DNA of 64,000 bases. It comes from Deltaproteobacteria bacterium. Lineage in GTDB: Bacteria; Desulfobacterota; Binatia; UBA1149; JAJCZL01. Positions 10,074 through 19,502 of the stretch are shown piece by piece (within the stretch, counting starts at the first letter, position 1; every line of letters begins with the position of its first letter). The position numbers and the translations under genes are program-made. Under the pieces are notes generated by a model that worked only from the letters and a program-made list of their open reading frames with translations, did not search any database and was not told the origin of the DNA. The stretch is from positions 135,712 through 199,711 of the forward strand of contig JAJCZL010000058.1 in assembly GCA_029262415.1 (NCBI GenBank), given 5' to 3'.

Positions 10074-11132
10074 ATGTGGAAGTTTTACGCGGGGCCGATG
10101 TCTTACTTTTCGGCGAAGATCCGGCCGCTGCTGCGCTACAAGCGGATCGATTACGCTGAGATTCGCGCGACGCCCGGCGCTTACAACGAAGTAATCTTGC
10201 CCCGCACAGGCGTGTCATTTATTCCGGTCATCATCACTGACGATGACGAAGTGCTGCAGGACACGCCGCGCATGTACGAGCGCATCGAAGAGCTGGTGCC
10301 CGGGCCGGCGATCTTTCCTGCCGATCCGGCCGTACGTTTGGTCGCCGAGTTGATCCAAGATTTCGCCGACGAGGCGTTGCTTTTGCCTGCGATGCACTTC
10401 CGTTGGAACTACCCAGAGCAGCGCGACTGGATCGAGCGCGATTGGCAACCGGTGTTCGCCGAAATGACGCCAAAGGTCATGGGACAGATGAACTCATTTC
10501 TGCCTTTTCTCGGCGTCAACGACGACACCAGGGAAGTCATCGACGCTTGGTACGACACGCTGCTCGCGATCCTTGATACTCACTTAAAGGAGCATCGCTT
10601 CTTGCTCGGCGACACCCCGACACTCGCTGATTTTGCGATGATGGGACCGATGCATGCCCACCTCGGCCGCGACCCTGTGCCGGCAGCGCGCATGCGCGCG
10701 CGTGCCCCGCGCGTGATGGCGTGGCTGCACGAAACCATCGATGCCGCGACGCCGACGTCTGCCCGCGAGGCGTACGTCGCCGCAACCCTCGAACCGCTGC
10801 TAGCCGAGATCGGCAGCGTTTTCGTGCCGATACAACAGGCGACAACGGCCGCCGTCGACGAAGCCGGCGCAGCGACCGAAAGTGGTAGCGAGCTGCCGCG
10901 AATCTTCGGTGTCGTCGACATGCCGATCCTCGGCGTGGCGAGCAGCCGTTACCTCAACACCTACTCGGTTTGGCGCCACGCGCGTACAGCGCAGCGCTAC
11001 GTCGGGCTGTCGAGTGAGGCAAAGAATAGAGTAGGAGGTTGGCTCGACCCGGCAGGCATAACACCGCTGCTGCGCGACCCACCGTCGTTGGTGATCGAGA
11101 TGCGCAACAATAAGCTGGTGAAAGCCGCCTAG
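10074..11132 (+). CDS. GST-like protein (thioredoxin-fold N-domain + GST-C-like)
   Basis: 352 aa. Paralog of the truncated ORF at 1-731. Confidence 0.6.
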   Translation: MWKFYAGPMSYFSAKIRPLLRYKRIDYAEIRATPGAYNEVILPRTGVSFIPVIITDDDEVLQDTPRMYERIEELVPGPAIFPADPAVRLVAELIQDFADEALLLPAMHFRWNYPEQRDWIERDWQPVFAEMTPKVMGQMNSFLPFLGVNDDTREVIDAWYDTLLAILDTHLKEHRFLLGDTPTLADFAMMGPMHAHLGRDPVPAARMRARAPRVMAWLHETIDAATPTSAREAYVAATLEPLLAEIGSVFVPIQQATTAAVDEAGAATESGSELPRIFGVVDMPILGVASSRYLNTYSVWRHARTAQRYVGLSSEAKNRVGGWLDPAGITPLLRDPPSLVIEMRNNKLVKAA

Positions 11133-11194
11133 ATTCTACGGCAGCGTGCCGAACGACAACGTGTCCTCGACTCCGCAAGCGTAGTGCGCTGGAG

Positions 11195-13093
11195 TCAGTT
11201 CTCTGCGGAAGCCGAGAGCGGCTCGGAATCGGCGATGGTCGCGCTGGTCGCGGGCGCGGCTGACGCGTCGAGCAAGGAGATCATCGCCGCTGTGCCATCC
11301 GGGTTCTGATCGGCGCGTGCGTAGGCCTGGTCGATCAGAAGAAGGTTGGTCTTGTGGGCCGCGAGTGCCTTGCCGGTGAGCGAGTCGGCACGCGGAAGTT
11401 TGGCGTTCAGCGGATCAACGTACTTGCCATACTGATAGAGCGAAAAGTGAAGGTGCGGCCCGGTCGCGAGCCCGGTCGAGCCGACGTAGCCGATGATCTG
11501 TCCTTTCTTGACGCTCTTGCCCGAATCTACGCCTTTGGCGATCCGCGAAAGATGCGAGTATCCGCTCTGGTAAATCCCGTTATGGCGAAGTTTGACGAAG
11601 CGACCGTTGCCGCCGTACCACCCTGACTGCAGTACCTGTCCGTTTGCAACGGCGCGGACCGGCGTCCCCGTGGCCGCTGCAAAATCGACGCCGTAGTGAG
11701 GCTGGCGACGCTTGGTAACAGGATGGAAACGGTTGCGATTGAATTGCGACGAGATACGCGAGAACGCGACGGGGTAACGCAAGAAGTAACGGCTGAGTGC
11801 TTCGCCGTTTCGATCGTAGTAGCCGCGCTTGCCGTAGTCGCCGTTGTCGTACCAAAAACCTTCGTGGACTTGGTCTTTGTTTCGTACCTCGATGGCGAGC
11901 ACGCGCCCTGACTGCTTTTCGGCCTCGCCCGGACGCGACAGTTCTTCGTAGACGATGCGGAACTCCGCGCCGCGGCGAAGGTCGCGTGCAAAGTTCAGTT
12001 CCCAGCCGAGAATTTCCGCTGCGCTCGACACAACCCGAGCGGGAACGCCCTTAGCGCGCGCCGCTTCGAAGAGGCTCGTGTCTACTATGCCGGTCACCGC
12101 GCGGAATCCGCGCTCAAAATCCAAACTGTGCCGACGCGCAACGACGCGGCCGTCTTCGATCTCAGCAATCAGTTTCGTCGCCGAGTCGATTTCCAACTCC
12201 AGGCCGACCATCTGCTTCGACGGCCCGTCGACTATGAGCGAAAGCTGCTGGCCAACGAAGACCTTGTTGATGTTGTAGGCCTGCCCCGCTGCGGCGATCC
12301 ATTCGTCGGCCTCGCGGGCGCTGAGCCCGGCATCTCCAAGAACGTCGGAGATGGTCTCCCCGGCACGAATCGTATGCACGGTCTGAACGCTGGATGGTAC
12401 CGTATGGACGCTATCATCGACGCCGATGATAGCGGGCGGCTCCGACCCTTTCTTAAACGTCGCCTCTTCAAGCGGGCTGAAGGGCAAGGGGTGCCTGACC
12501 TTGGCGACAACGATCGGCTCGTCCCTTTGGGGTCCGACCAACCCTGGAGGTGCAGAAATTTCGGTTCTATATGCCGCTATCCGCGTGACCGTGTCAGGGC
12601 CGGCGCCACCGAAGAGAACGGCCGAGAGAATACGATCGACACCACGGTCGAATGAGTCGACAACACGCACCAAGGCCTGTTTGTGCTCGGATGGGTCCAT
12701 GAGGCGCGACGCGTTCATACGGGCGCGGCTGAATACCTCCGCTCCCCCACGCCCGATGACAGAAGCGGTACGGATGAATTCACGTTCGCGCGTGCGACGC
12801 GCGATAAGATCCTCGTACGCGATGTCGGCAACCGTTCTGTAGGCTGAGGCGACAACGACGGGTTCGAGTTTCGCGACCACCTCGCTCTGATCCGGCGTCA
12901 GGTACGGAGCGCGAACGAGAAATGCCTGTGCGTAAAGCGCACGGGCGCGTACTTCGGGGCTGTTACCCGATTCACATCCGTCAACACCGACGCGGAACCC
13001 GGCGCTTCCGAATGTAAGCGCACAAGCAAACGTCGCCATAAAAAATGGCGGACTAATCAACAATTGAAAATGTCTAAGCCTTCGCCGCGACAT
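11195..13093 (-). CDS. M23 family metallopeptidase (OapA/Csd3-like N-domains)
   Basis: C-terminal LytM motifs HYGVDFAAATGTPV...GYVGSTGLATGPHLHF. Start uncertain (13039-13093). The upstream ORF extension to 13213 is not credited. Confidence 0.75.
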   Translation of the reverse strand: MSRRRLRHFQLLISPPFFMATFACALTFGSAGFRVGVDGCESGNSPEVRARALYAQAFLVRAPYLTPDQSEVVAKLEPVVVASAYRTVADIAYEDLIARRTREREFIRTASVIGRGGAEVFSRARMNASRLMDPSEHKQALVRVVDSFDRGVDRILSAVLFGGAGPDTVTRIAAYRTEISAPPGLVGPQRDEPIVVAKVRHPLPFSPLEEATFKKGSEPPAIIGVDDSVHTVPSSVQTVHTIRAGETISDVLGDAGLSAREADEWIAAAGQAYNINKVFVGQQLSLIVDGPSKQMVGLELEIDSATKLIAEIEDGRVVARRHSLDFERGFRAVTGIVDTSLFEAARAKGVPARVVSSAAEILGWELNFARDLRRGAEFRIVYEELSRPGEAEKQSGRVLAIEVRNKDQVHEGFWYDNGDYGKRGYYDRNGEALSRYFLRYPVAFSRISSQFNRNRFHPVTKRRQPHYGVDFAAATGTPVRAVANGQVLQSGWYGGNGRFVKLRHNGIYQSGYSHLSRIAKGVDSGKSVKKGQIIGYVGSTGLATGPHLHFSLYQYGKYVDPLNAKLPRADSLTGKALAAHKTNLLLIDQAYARADQNPDGTAAMISLLDASAAPATSATIADSEPLSASAEN

Positions 13094-13166
13094 CGACACC
13101 CACCCCATCCGCAACCACAAGCGGCAACAACAACTCAAGTAATCGAAAATGCTTCGAAACCAGGAG

Positions 13167-13233
13167 TTATCCACAGTGCCCGCCAAGGTACCGGAAGTCA
13201 ACTCTGTGCGCATAGGTTTACGAGTTATCCACA
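13167..13233. promoter_or_regulatory. Two perfect DnaA-box 9-mers TTATCCACA (13167-13175, 13225-13233) within a 13-bp direct repeat GAGTTATCCACAG, 58 bp apart
   Basis: Read directly from sequence. Lies in the intergenic region between the M23 peptidase start and ruvX, next to an AT-rich stretch (13040-13160). Confidence 0.4.
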
Positions 13234-13403
13234 GCGCTGAAACCCACGCGTTGGGATCGCGTCTCCGCGCGGCTCACGCAGCCGGCACCGACTTGCCTGC
13301 CGCCGGGGTCGGCTGTAGCCTGCGGCCGCCCAAGCGACGCTGCGACACGGGGTATATACCGCCCGTAGACATCTGCCGGCGGATTGTACGTTAGGCCTCG
13401 CGC

Positions 13404-13874
13404 GTGCACTGTCGAGCACATGTAAGTAGCCTCCAGATAGAGCAAATCTTGAACCCCCGAACGGCCGGACTCGACATCGGAGATAAGCGGATCGGCGTTG
13501 CTGTCGGCGACGGCATCGGCATGACCGCGCATCCACTCGGCGTTGTCGAGAGAAAGTCGAGAAAAGCCGACGTCAAGGCGATTATGGACTTACTATCCGC
13601 TTATGAGATCGATAAGTTTGTCTCAGGACTGCCGCTCAACATGGACGGCAGTGAAGGCGAGCAGGCCGACCGGGTACGTCACTTCTGCGGACACCTGGCA
13701 GCCGACACAGGAATCGAAATCGTGTTCCAAGACGAGCGCATGACCAGTATGCAGAGCGAACGGGTCCTTATCGAAGCGGGCCTAACGCGCAAGAAGCGTC
13801 GGGGCAAGATCGACGCGACCGCTTCGGCCCTTATTTTGCAGGCCTATTTGGACCGCATCGCAGCCGGGTACTGA
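13404..13874 (+). CDS. ruvX: Holliday-junction resolvase-like RuvX/YqgF
   Basis: GLDIGDKRIGVAVGD...ALILQAYLD. Start may be the TTG at 13449. Confidence 0.8.
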   Translation: MHCRAHVSSLQIEQILNPRTAGLDIGDKRIGVAVGDGIGMTAHPLGVVERKSRKADVKAIMDLLSAYEIDKFVSGLPLNMDGSEGEQADRVRHFCGHLAADTGIEIVFQDERMTSMQSERVLIEAGLTRKKRRGKIDATASALILQAYLDRIAAGY

Positions 13875-13875
13875 C

Positions 13876-15027
13876 GTGCCGAACTCCGATGCAGAAACAG
13901 CAGGTCCCGTAACTGCTTGGAATCGCTTGCTTGGTGCCGTCTCTACCGGGTTTGGTTTGCTGCATCCACAAGGGGTAACCGCAAGACTTTTACTCTTGAC
14001 TCTAGTGCTTGCCGTCTTGTTTGCCGCTACCGTTACCTCACGGCTGCTGCGGCCCGTCAGCATACTGGAGACTGTCGAGCTCAAAATCGAGCCCGGGGAG
14101 TCGCTCTCTAAGGTCGCGCAACGGCTGGCCGAGAGCGGCGTGATCCGCGACGCCAAACCTTTTGTTCTTTACGCGCGCGCGCTACGCCGCGACCGCGACA
14201 TCCGCCACGGCAAACATTTCTTCGGTGGCGTATTGGACGCACGTGCAGTCTTGGACGAACTGGTAAGTCCGCCACAACCCACGATGCGCGTCACGATCCA
14301 CGAAGGGCTGACGTTCGCCGAAGCCGGTGATCTACTCGAAGCAGCGGGCGTAGTTACCGCTGAGGAATACAGAGAGGCAGCGTGCGATCCCGATTTCGTC
14401 AGACTCGTCGGCGCAGCAAACACTGCGAACTGCAGCGAAGGTTTTCTTTTCCCCGACACCTACAACCTGCGCCCCGGGATGACAGCCGAAGAAATCGTTC
14501 GTCACCAGTACACGCGCTTCGAGAAAGTACTCGGCGCGATTCTGGCAGAGCGAGACACGACTTCTGCGCGTGTCGCCGCGTATACAGACGGAGAGACAGG
14601 CGTGGAAACGCTTAGCGAGAAGGTTCGCCAAGACCTGATCACCCTCGCCTCAATCGTACAGCGCGAGGCATTCGACCCTGCAGAGCAGCCGCTCATCGCA
14701 TCGGTGTTCCACAACAGGCTGGAGCGCACGATGATGCTGCAGGCGGACCCGACGATTATCTACGGTCTAAAGCTACGCGGCGTGTGGGACGGCAACATCA
14801 AACGCTCGCATCTACGCGAAGAAGCGCCGTACAACACCTACACAAACTACGGGCTTACACCGGGGCCGATCTGCAACCCCGGCGAGCACGCGCTGCGCGC
14901 CGCGCTCAATCCTTCTAACACCGAGTTTCTGTACTTCGTCGCGGAAAGCGACGGCGGCCATCGCTTTTCGCGCACACTCGCCGAACACAACCGCGCGGTG
15001 CGCGCGTTTCAACTCGGCAAACACTGA
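13876..15027 (+). CDS. mltG: Endolytic murein transglycosylase MltG (YceG)
   Basis: N-terminal TM, YceG-like domain, LYFVAESDGGHRFSRTLAEHNRAV. GTG start directly after the ruvX stop. Confidence 0.85.
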   Translation: MPNSDAETAGPVTAWNRLLGAVSTGFGLLHPQGVTARLLLLTLVLAVLFAATVTSRLLRPVSILETVELKIEPGESLSKVAQRLAESGVIRDAKPFVLYARALRRDRDIRHGKHFFGGVLDARAVLDELVSPPQPTMRVTIHEGLTFAEAGDLLEAAGVVTAEEYREAACDPDFVRLVGAANTANCSEGFLFPDTYNLRPGMTAEEIVRHQYTRFEKVLGAILAERDTTSARVAAYTDGETGVETLSEKVRQDLITLASIVQREAFDPAEQPLIASVFHNRLERTMMLQADPTIIYGLKLRGVWDGNIKRSHLREEAPYNTYTNYGLTPGPICNPGEHALRAALNPSNTEFLYFVAESDGGHRFSRTLAEHNRAVRAFQLGKH

Positions 15028-15116
15028 CAAATGCTCAAGGCTCGCAGGTCAGAGGAAAGAGGCCACGCTGAGCACGGTTGGCTCGACAGCTGCCAAGCAT
15101 TACCGGGTCTTAGTAG

Positions 15117-15863
15117 TCACTTATAGAGGTGAATTAGCGCATACCATGCGCGCCATTTTACAAAAGGTGCCGACAGGATTATTCGGTCGATCGGTCTTGT
15201 CAGGTGGAAAATAACATTTCGGAACATGGTATTGTCGATAAATGAGCTACCTATCGTCGTGAGACCATAGGTTTTCGTTTGAACTTTCGAAAACAGGTTC
15301 TCCGCAATTTCCAGATCGGATTTCAACAGTGGATGTTCGTCCGGAGTTCGAGCTTCCGGCGTTTTTTCGCGATACCAGTTTATAAACGGATTGTGCCCCA
15401 GTGGTTCGAGAAACAAGGCATGGCCATCCTGTTTCAGCACCCGTGAAATCTCGGACAGAGATTTTCGGGTATCGAGATGGTGAATGATGCCTGTTCCAAA
15501 TACGAGGTCGAAAGTATCATCGTCAAAGGTCATATCTTCGGCATTCATGACCCTAAAAGACGCATTTTTAATTGATAGATCACGGGCATTCCGCGTAGCG
15601 GCATCAATCGCAACATCCGAAATATCAATGCCAACGACGTCGCGTGCGAAATCCGACAATTCTAGTGAGCGTTGCCCCCTTGCGCACCCATATTCCAGGA
15701 TATCGCGTCCAGAGCTGAGGGCCTCAAGGTCTCTCTTATAGGCTGCAAAGCAGTCTCGCAACGAAGAGTAAAATTTGGATTGGGCTCTCGGACCTTCGGC
15801 TGCAAATCTATCGTTGTGAAACTCACGCTCTCTTTCAATTCGGTTAGAAGTATCCTGGTTCAT
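15117..15863 (-). CDS. Class I SAM-dependent methyltransferase (on low-GC island)
   Basis: Motif I ILEYGCARG, DLVFGTGIIHHL, LKQDGHALFLEP. Gene and flanks (about 15090-15960) have clearly lower GC than the neighbours. Confidence 0.7.
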   Translation of the reverse strand: MNQDTSNRIEREREFHNDRFAAEGPRAQSKFYSSLRDCFAAYKRDLEALSSGRDILEYGCARGQRSLELSDFARDVVGIDISDVAIDAATRNARDLSIKNASFRVMNAEDMTFDDDTFDLVFGTGIIHHLDTRKSLSEISRVLKQDGHALFLEPLGHNPFINWYREKTPEARTPDEHPLLKSDLEIAENLFSKVQTKTYGLTTIGSSFIDNTMFRNVIFHLTRPIDRIILSAPFVKWRAWYALIHLYK

Positions 15864-16110
15864 ATCTTGGGACCGATTATCTTGTAAGAGTTACTCTAGT
15901 AGAGTTTCTGGAAGAAATTACCAGTTGAGCGGTTACATCAGGGCGTTGTTAACTTATCGTCGGCGAGACGAGCTTCGGCCCTTTTGTATGACGGCGCCGA
16001 GTTGTTCTCCCCGCTAGTCTGCCGACCGGTCGCTCATGGCAACGCCGCGCAACGCAGGCTGTTGCGGCCGGGCCCTTGACTTTCGCTCTTCTTTCGCTAG
16101 TCTAGCGACC

Positions 16111-16719
16111 ATGGCTACCCTTACAAAGCGGCAAAAAGAAATTCTGGACTTCATCGAGGAACGAATCGCGCTAAACGGGTATGCGCCGACGCTCGAGGAG
16201 ATCGGCGAGCACTTCGGGCTACGCTCGATGGCCACCGTCCACAAACACGTCTCCAACCTTGAGGCCAAGGGGCTAATCAGACGTAAATGGAACCACAGCC
16301 GTGCGATCGAACTGGTCCAGAGAAAGCGCAGGGTAAACGCCCTAGAACTGCCGTTGCTCGGCCGCGTCGCCGCGGGGTCGCCGATTGAAGAACTCGAGGG
16401 AACCGACACAGTCGAGATCCCCGAGAGCATGGTCCGACGCAGCAACACCTTCGGGTTGCGCGTCAAGGGCGATTCGATGGTCGACGAGGGAATCCTCGAC
16501 GGCGATCTAATCATTGTCGAAGAGTGCCCGTCGCCGAACAACGGCGACATGGCCGTTGTCAGCGTCAATGGTGAAGCAACTGTAAAACGCTTCTATCGCG
16601 AAAGTAACGGCAGCATCCGCCTGCAGCCGGCTAACGACAGGTACGAACCCATCATCGTTGCCGACGGCAACGTCGCGGTACGGGGCGTCGTCGTTGCGGT
16701 GATGCGCCAGTATCACTGA
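16111..16719 (+). CDS. lexA: LexA repressor
   Basis: MATLTKRQKEILDFI... HTH plus S24 peptidase motifs (AAG cleavage site, GDSM, ...KRF). 202 aa. Confidence 0.9.
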   Translation: MATLTKRQKEILDFIEERIALNGYAPTLEEIGEHFGLRSMATVHKHVSNLEAKGLIRRKWNHSRAIELVQRKRRVNALELPLLGRVAAGSPIEELEGTDTVEIPESMVRRSNTFGLRVKGDSMVDEGILDGDLIIVEECPSPNNGDMAVVSVNGEATVKRFYRESNGSIRLQPANDRYEPIIVADGNVAVRGVVVAVMRQYH

Positions 16720-16735
16720 GCCGGACCCGGCGGAC

Positions 16736-17911
16736 GTGTCCGCACCCTTCTCTGTTTACGTTCACCTCCCCTATTGCCTTCACAAGTGTCCCTACTGTGA
16801 CTTTAACACCTATGCCGTCACGCAGTTCCCCGAACAACGCTACGCCGACGTATTAAAGCGCGAGTTGGCGTACGCGACGACGCAGGCCGCGTGGAACGGC
16901 CGTACTGTCTCAACAATATTCTTCGGTGGCGGTACACCATCGCTGTTCTCTCCAGCGACGATCAGAGACCTGATCAAGACCGTCGCCTACGAGTTCGTGC
17001 TGGCGACAGACGCCGAAATCACCATGGAGGCAAACCCGGGCAGCCTCGAGGGCGGCGGCGAAGACCGGCTGCGAGAGTTCCGTTCTGCGGGTGTTAACCG
17101 CTTGAGTCTAGGCGGCCAATCGTTCAACGAACGCCACCTCGCGACGCTCGGACGCATCCACGGAACAACCGATACACGCGACGCTCTCATAGCTGCACGC
17201 GCGGCCGGATTCGACAACCTGTCGTGCGATCTGATCTTCGCTGTGCCGGGACAGACGTTAGATGAATGGATCGAAGACGTTCGCACGCTTACCACGATCG
17301 GCCCTGACCACGTCTCCGCTTACAATTTGACCTACGAGCCCGGCACGCCGCTTACGGGGATGAAAGTAGCAGGACGCGTCACCGCGCTCGACGAAGAAAC
17401 CGAACTTGCGATGTTCAACGCGGGCATCGAGATTCTCGGCGAGGCCGGCTACCGACAGTACGAGATATCGAACTTCGCGCAACCGGGCCGCGAGTCTCGC
17501 CACAATCTCGCCTACTGGCAGTGGCGCGACTATCTCGGGGTCGGCGCCGGCGCACACGGTTTTCACGCGCGTTCGGTGCCCCGACAAGCGAGCTGGGGCG
17601 CCCGCTATGCCAACCGTCGTCTGCCTGAATTCTACATGAACGCGGGCGTCGGTAGCTGGGCGGACAACAGCGAAGATATCGACAAGACGCAGGCGATCGC
17701 GGAGTTCGTACTAGTCAACCTGCGCGTCATCGACGGCTTTAGCAGCCAACGCTTCGCGGCACTTTTCGGTTGCAGGCCCGAACAGGCACTGCCCGAACTC
17801 GGCCCGCTACGCGAGGGCGGCATGATCGAAGACGACCCATCAAGCGTGCGCTTGAGCGCGCGCGGGTTACGGCTCGGCGACACGGTGATCGCCCGGCTGG
17901 CAAGCCTCTAG
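16736..17911 (+). CDS. hemW: Radical-SAM heme chaperone HemW (HemN-like)
   Basis: VYVHLPYCLHKCPYCDFNTY... radical-SAM CxxxCxxC. GTG start. Confidence 0.85.
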   Translation: MSAPFSVYVHLPYCLHKCPYCDFNTYAVTQFPEQRYADVLKRELAYATTQAAWNGRTVSTIFFGGGTPSLFSPATIRDLIKTVAYEFVLATDAEITMEANPGSLEGGGEDRLREFRSAGVNRLSLGGQSFNERHLATLGRIHGTTDTRDALIAARAAGFDNLSCDLIFAVPGQTLDEWIEDVRTLTTIGPDHVSAYNLTYEPGTPLTGMKVAGRVTALDEETELAMFNAGIEILGEAGYRQYEISNFAQPGRESRHNLAYWQWRDYLGVGAGAHGFHARSVPRQASWGARYANRRLPEFYMNAGVGSWADNSEDIDKTQAIAEFVLVNLRVIDGFSSQRFAALFGCRPEQALPELGPLREGGMIEDDPSSVRLSARGLRLGDTVIARLASL

Positions 17912-18541
17912 TCAGGCAACGGCGGGCTTCCTTGCGAGGCCGCGGATCGTAGGACGCACAATAGGAAGGGCCGCGCGCATGCTCTCGGCCTTGGTCCCCT
18001 CAAACACAAAGCCCCCGTTGGTCAGTTGCTCGGCGGTCTTGCGCGTAAGATGGCAATTGCCCATCATTCGCTTCCACAGCGGCTCGATACGCCGTTGCCA
18101 AACAGCACGTTTCGGATTGTTCGCGGCAGCAACGTGCTCGATGTAGACGAGCGCGCCGCCCGGCTTGAGAACACGGTAGATCTCCGCAATCGAACGAGCA
18201 GGGTCGGACACACTGCACAACACCAACGTACAGGCTACGTAGTCGAATGTGTTATCAGCAAACGGCAACGCTTCGAGCGGCGCATCGACGACTTCGACCC
18301 CCAGGCGTCCGCTCTGCGCGACCTTCTCGCCGAGTTTGCGCCGCATGAACGGATCGGGTTCGGCAAGAACCAACCTAGCCACCACGCTCGGATAGTGCTC
18401 GAGGTTGAGCCCGGTTCCGGTGCCGACCTCGAGGACCTCACCGGACAGCCCAGCGAGAAGTTCGCTTCGCCACGCGCGTAGCCCGGCCTCTTCGGTTTTA
18501 GCCAGAAAGCGGTCGTAGATGGCGGCCATGATTCTCGACAT
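17912..18541 (-). CDS. Class I SAM-dependent methyltransferase (type 11)
   Basis: LEVGTGTGLN...LKPGGALVYIEH. Confidence 0.7.
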   Translation of the reverse strand: MSRIMAAIYDRFLAKTEEAGLRAWRSELLAGLSGEVLEVGTGTGLNLEHYPSVVARLVLAEPDPFMRRKLGEKVAQSGRLGVEVVDAPLEALPFADNTFDYVACTLVLCSVSDPARSIAEIYRVLKPGGALVYIEHVAAANNPKRAVWQRRIEPLWKRMMGNCHLTRKTAEQLTNGGFVFEGTKAESMRAALPIVRPTIRGLARKPAVA

Positions 18542-18553
18542 CGAACTCCTCCG

Positions 18554-19174
18554 TTAGCCAACTCGATCCAGCTGCCGGTCATGCGCACGGGCCAGCACGA
18601 GTTGAGCAGTTACGGCTCCAATCAACGCCATCAACATATCCCACTGCGTATCCCACACGTCACCTTGCGTGCCGAGAAACGCCCCGGCCGAGTCTCCGCC
18701 GATAACGGCAGCCCACCACTCGATTAGTTCATAGAAAGCACTAAACGCAAGACAGATACTCGTGACCGTCAAGAACAGCCAGCCTCCACGCTCCAGTGGG
18801 GAGCGACGCAGCAGGATCTCGCGCGCGAGTATCGCCGGCACAAAGCCCTGCGCCAAGTGTCCGATGCGGTCGTAGTGGTTGCGGGCGAACCCGAACAGAT
18901 CCTGGATCCAAAAACCGAGTGGCACCTTCGCGTAGGTGTAGGTGCCGCCGAGAATCAGGATCAGCGCATGGATAAACAACAAACGGTAAAGAAGCGGCGT
19001 GAGCGGAAAGCCTCTGTAAGATGCGACCAACAAAGGTGCGATGACCAAAACCGGCCCGACCTCCAACCACCAGGTAGTGCGGTCGAACGGGTTGATCGCG
19101 GACACCGCAACTGCCGTGGCGGTCAAGGCGAGTAGAACCAGCGGCTCGCGCCCGCGCGGTTGGTTGGAACCCAT
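18554..19174 (-). CDS. DUF2238-family integral membrane protein (YjdF-like)
   Basis: Multi-TM protein. Start set at MGSNQ (19172-19174). The upstream ORF extension is not credited. Confidence 0.55.
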   Translation of the reverse strand: MGSNQPRGREPLVLLALTATAVAVSAINPFDRTTWWLEVGPVLVIAPLLVASYRGFPLTPLLYRLLFIHALILILGGTYTYAKVPLGFWIQDLFGFARNHYDRIGHLAQGFVPAILAREILLRRSPLERGGWLFLTVTSICLAFSAFYELIEWWAAVIGGDSAGAFLGTQGDVWDTQWDMLMALIGAVTAQLVLARAHDRQLDRVG

Positions 19175-19378
19175 CTGTGGCGTCTCTCTCAAACTCGCGG
19201 CGACGGCAAACGAGCGCTTTCTTGGCGAGGACGACGAGCACGACGAGCACGGTGAGGATGGAGACGGCGGCGCCAAGCGTGCCTGGCAGCAACTGGCAGT
19301 GAAGGCAAGAAGTCGAGCAGGCAGCCAAAGGGAAAGTGGAGCACGCGCATGGACCGCACGCTGACAGGCCCGGCTGCA

Positions 19379-19405
19379 CATTCCGCGCGGGATGTGCATA
19401 ACCTC
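19379..19405. repeat. 27-bp motif ACATTCCGCGCGGGATGTGCATAACC (core palindrome CATTCCGCGCGGAATG), near-identical to 47802-47828 inside the IS5 remnant
   Basis: 26/27 identity between the two loci, read directly. Confidence 0.4.
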
Positions 19406-19502
19406 GATGACCCGCCGCGCAACCTAGCTCGGCGGTCTCGCGATCGATTTCGCCACATCACTGACAAACTCGCCCGGGCGGGTGAGTCTTGAGTCGGTCT
19501 GA

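Noticed and set aside
13094-13213. N-terminal 40-codon extension of the M23 peptidase ORF
   Set aside because: It has AT-rich atypical codons and overlaps the AT-rich putative promoter/DnaA-box region. A signal-peptide-like segment begins at the internal Met.
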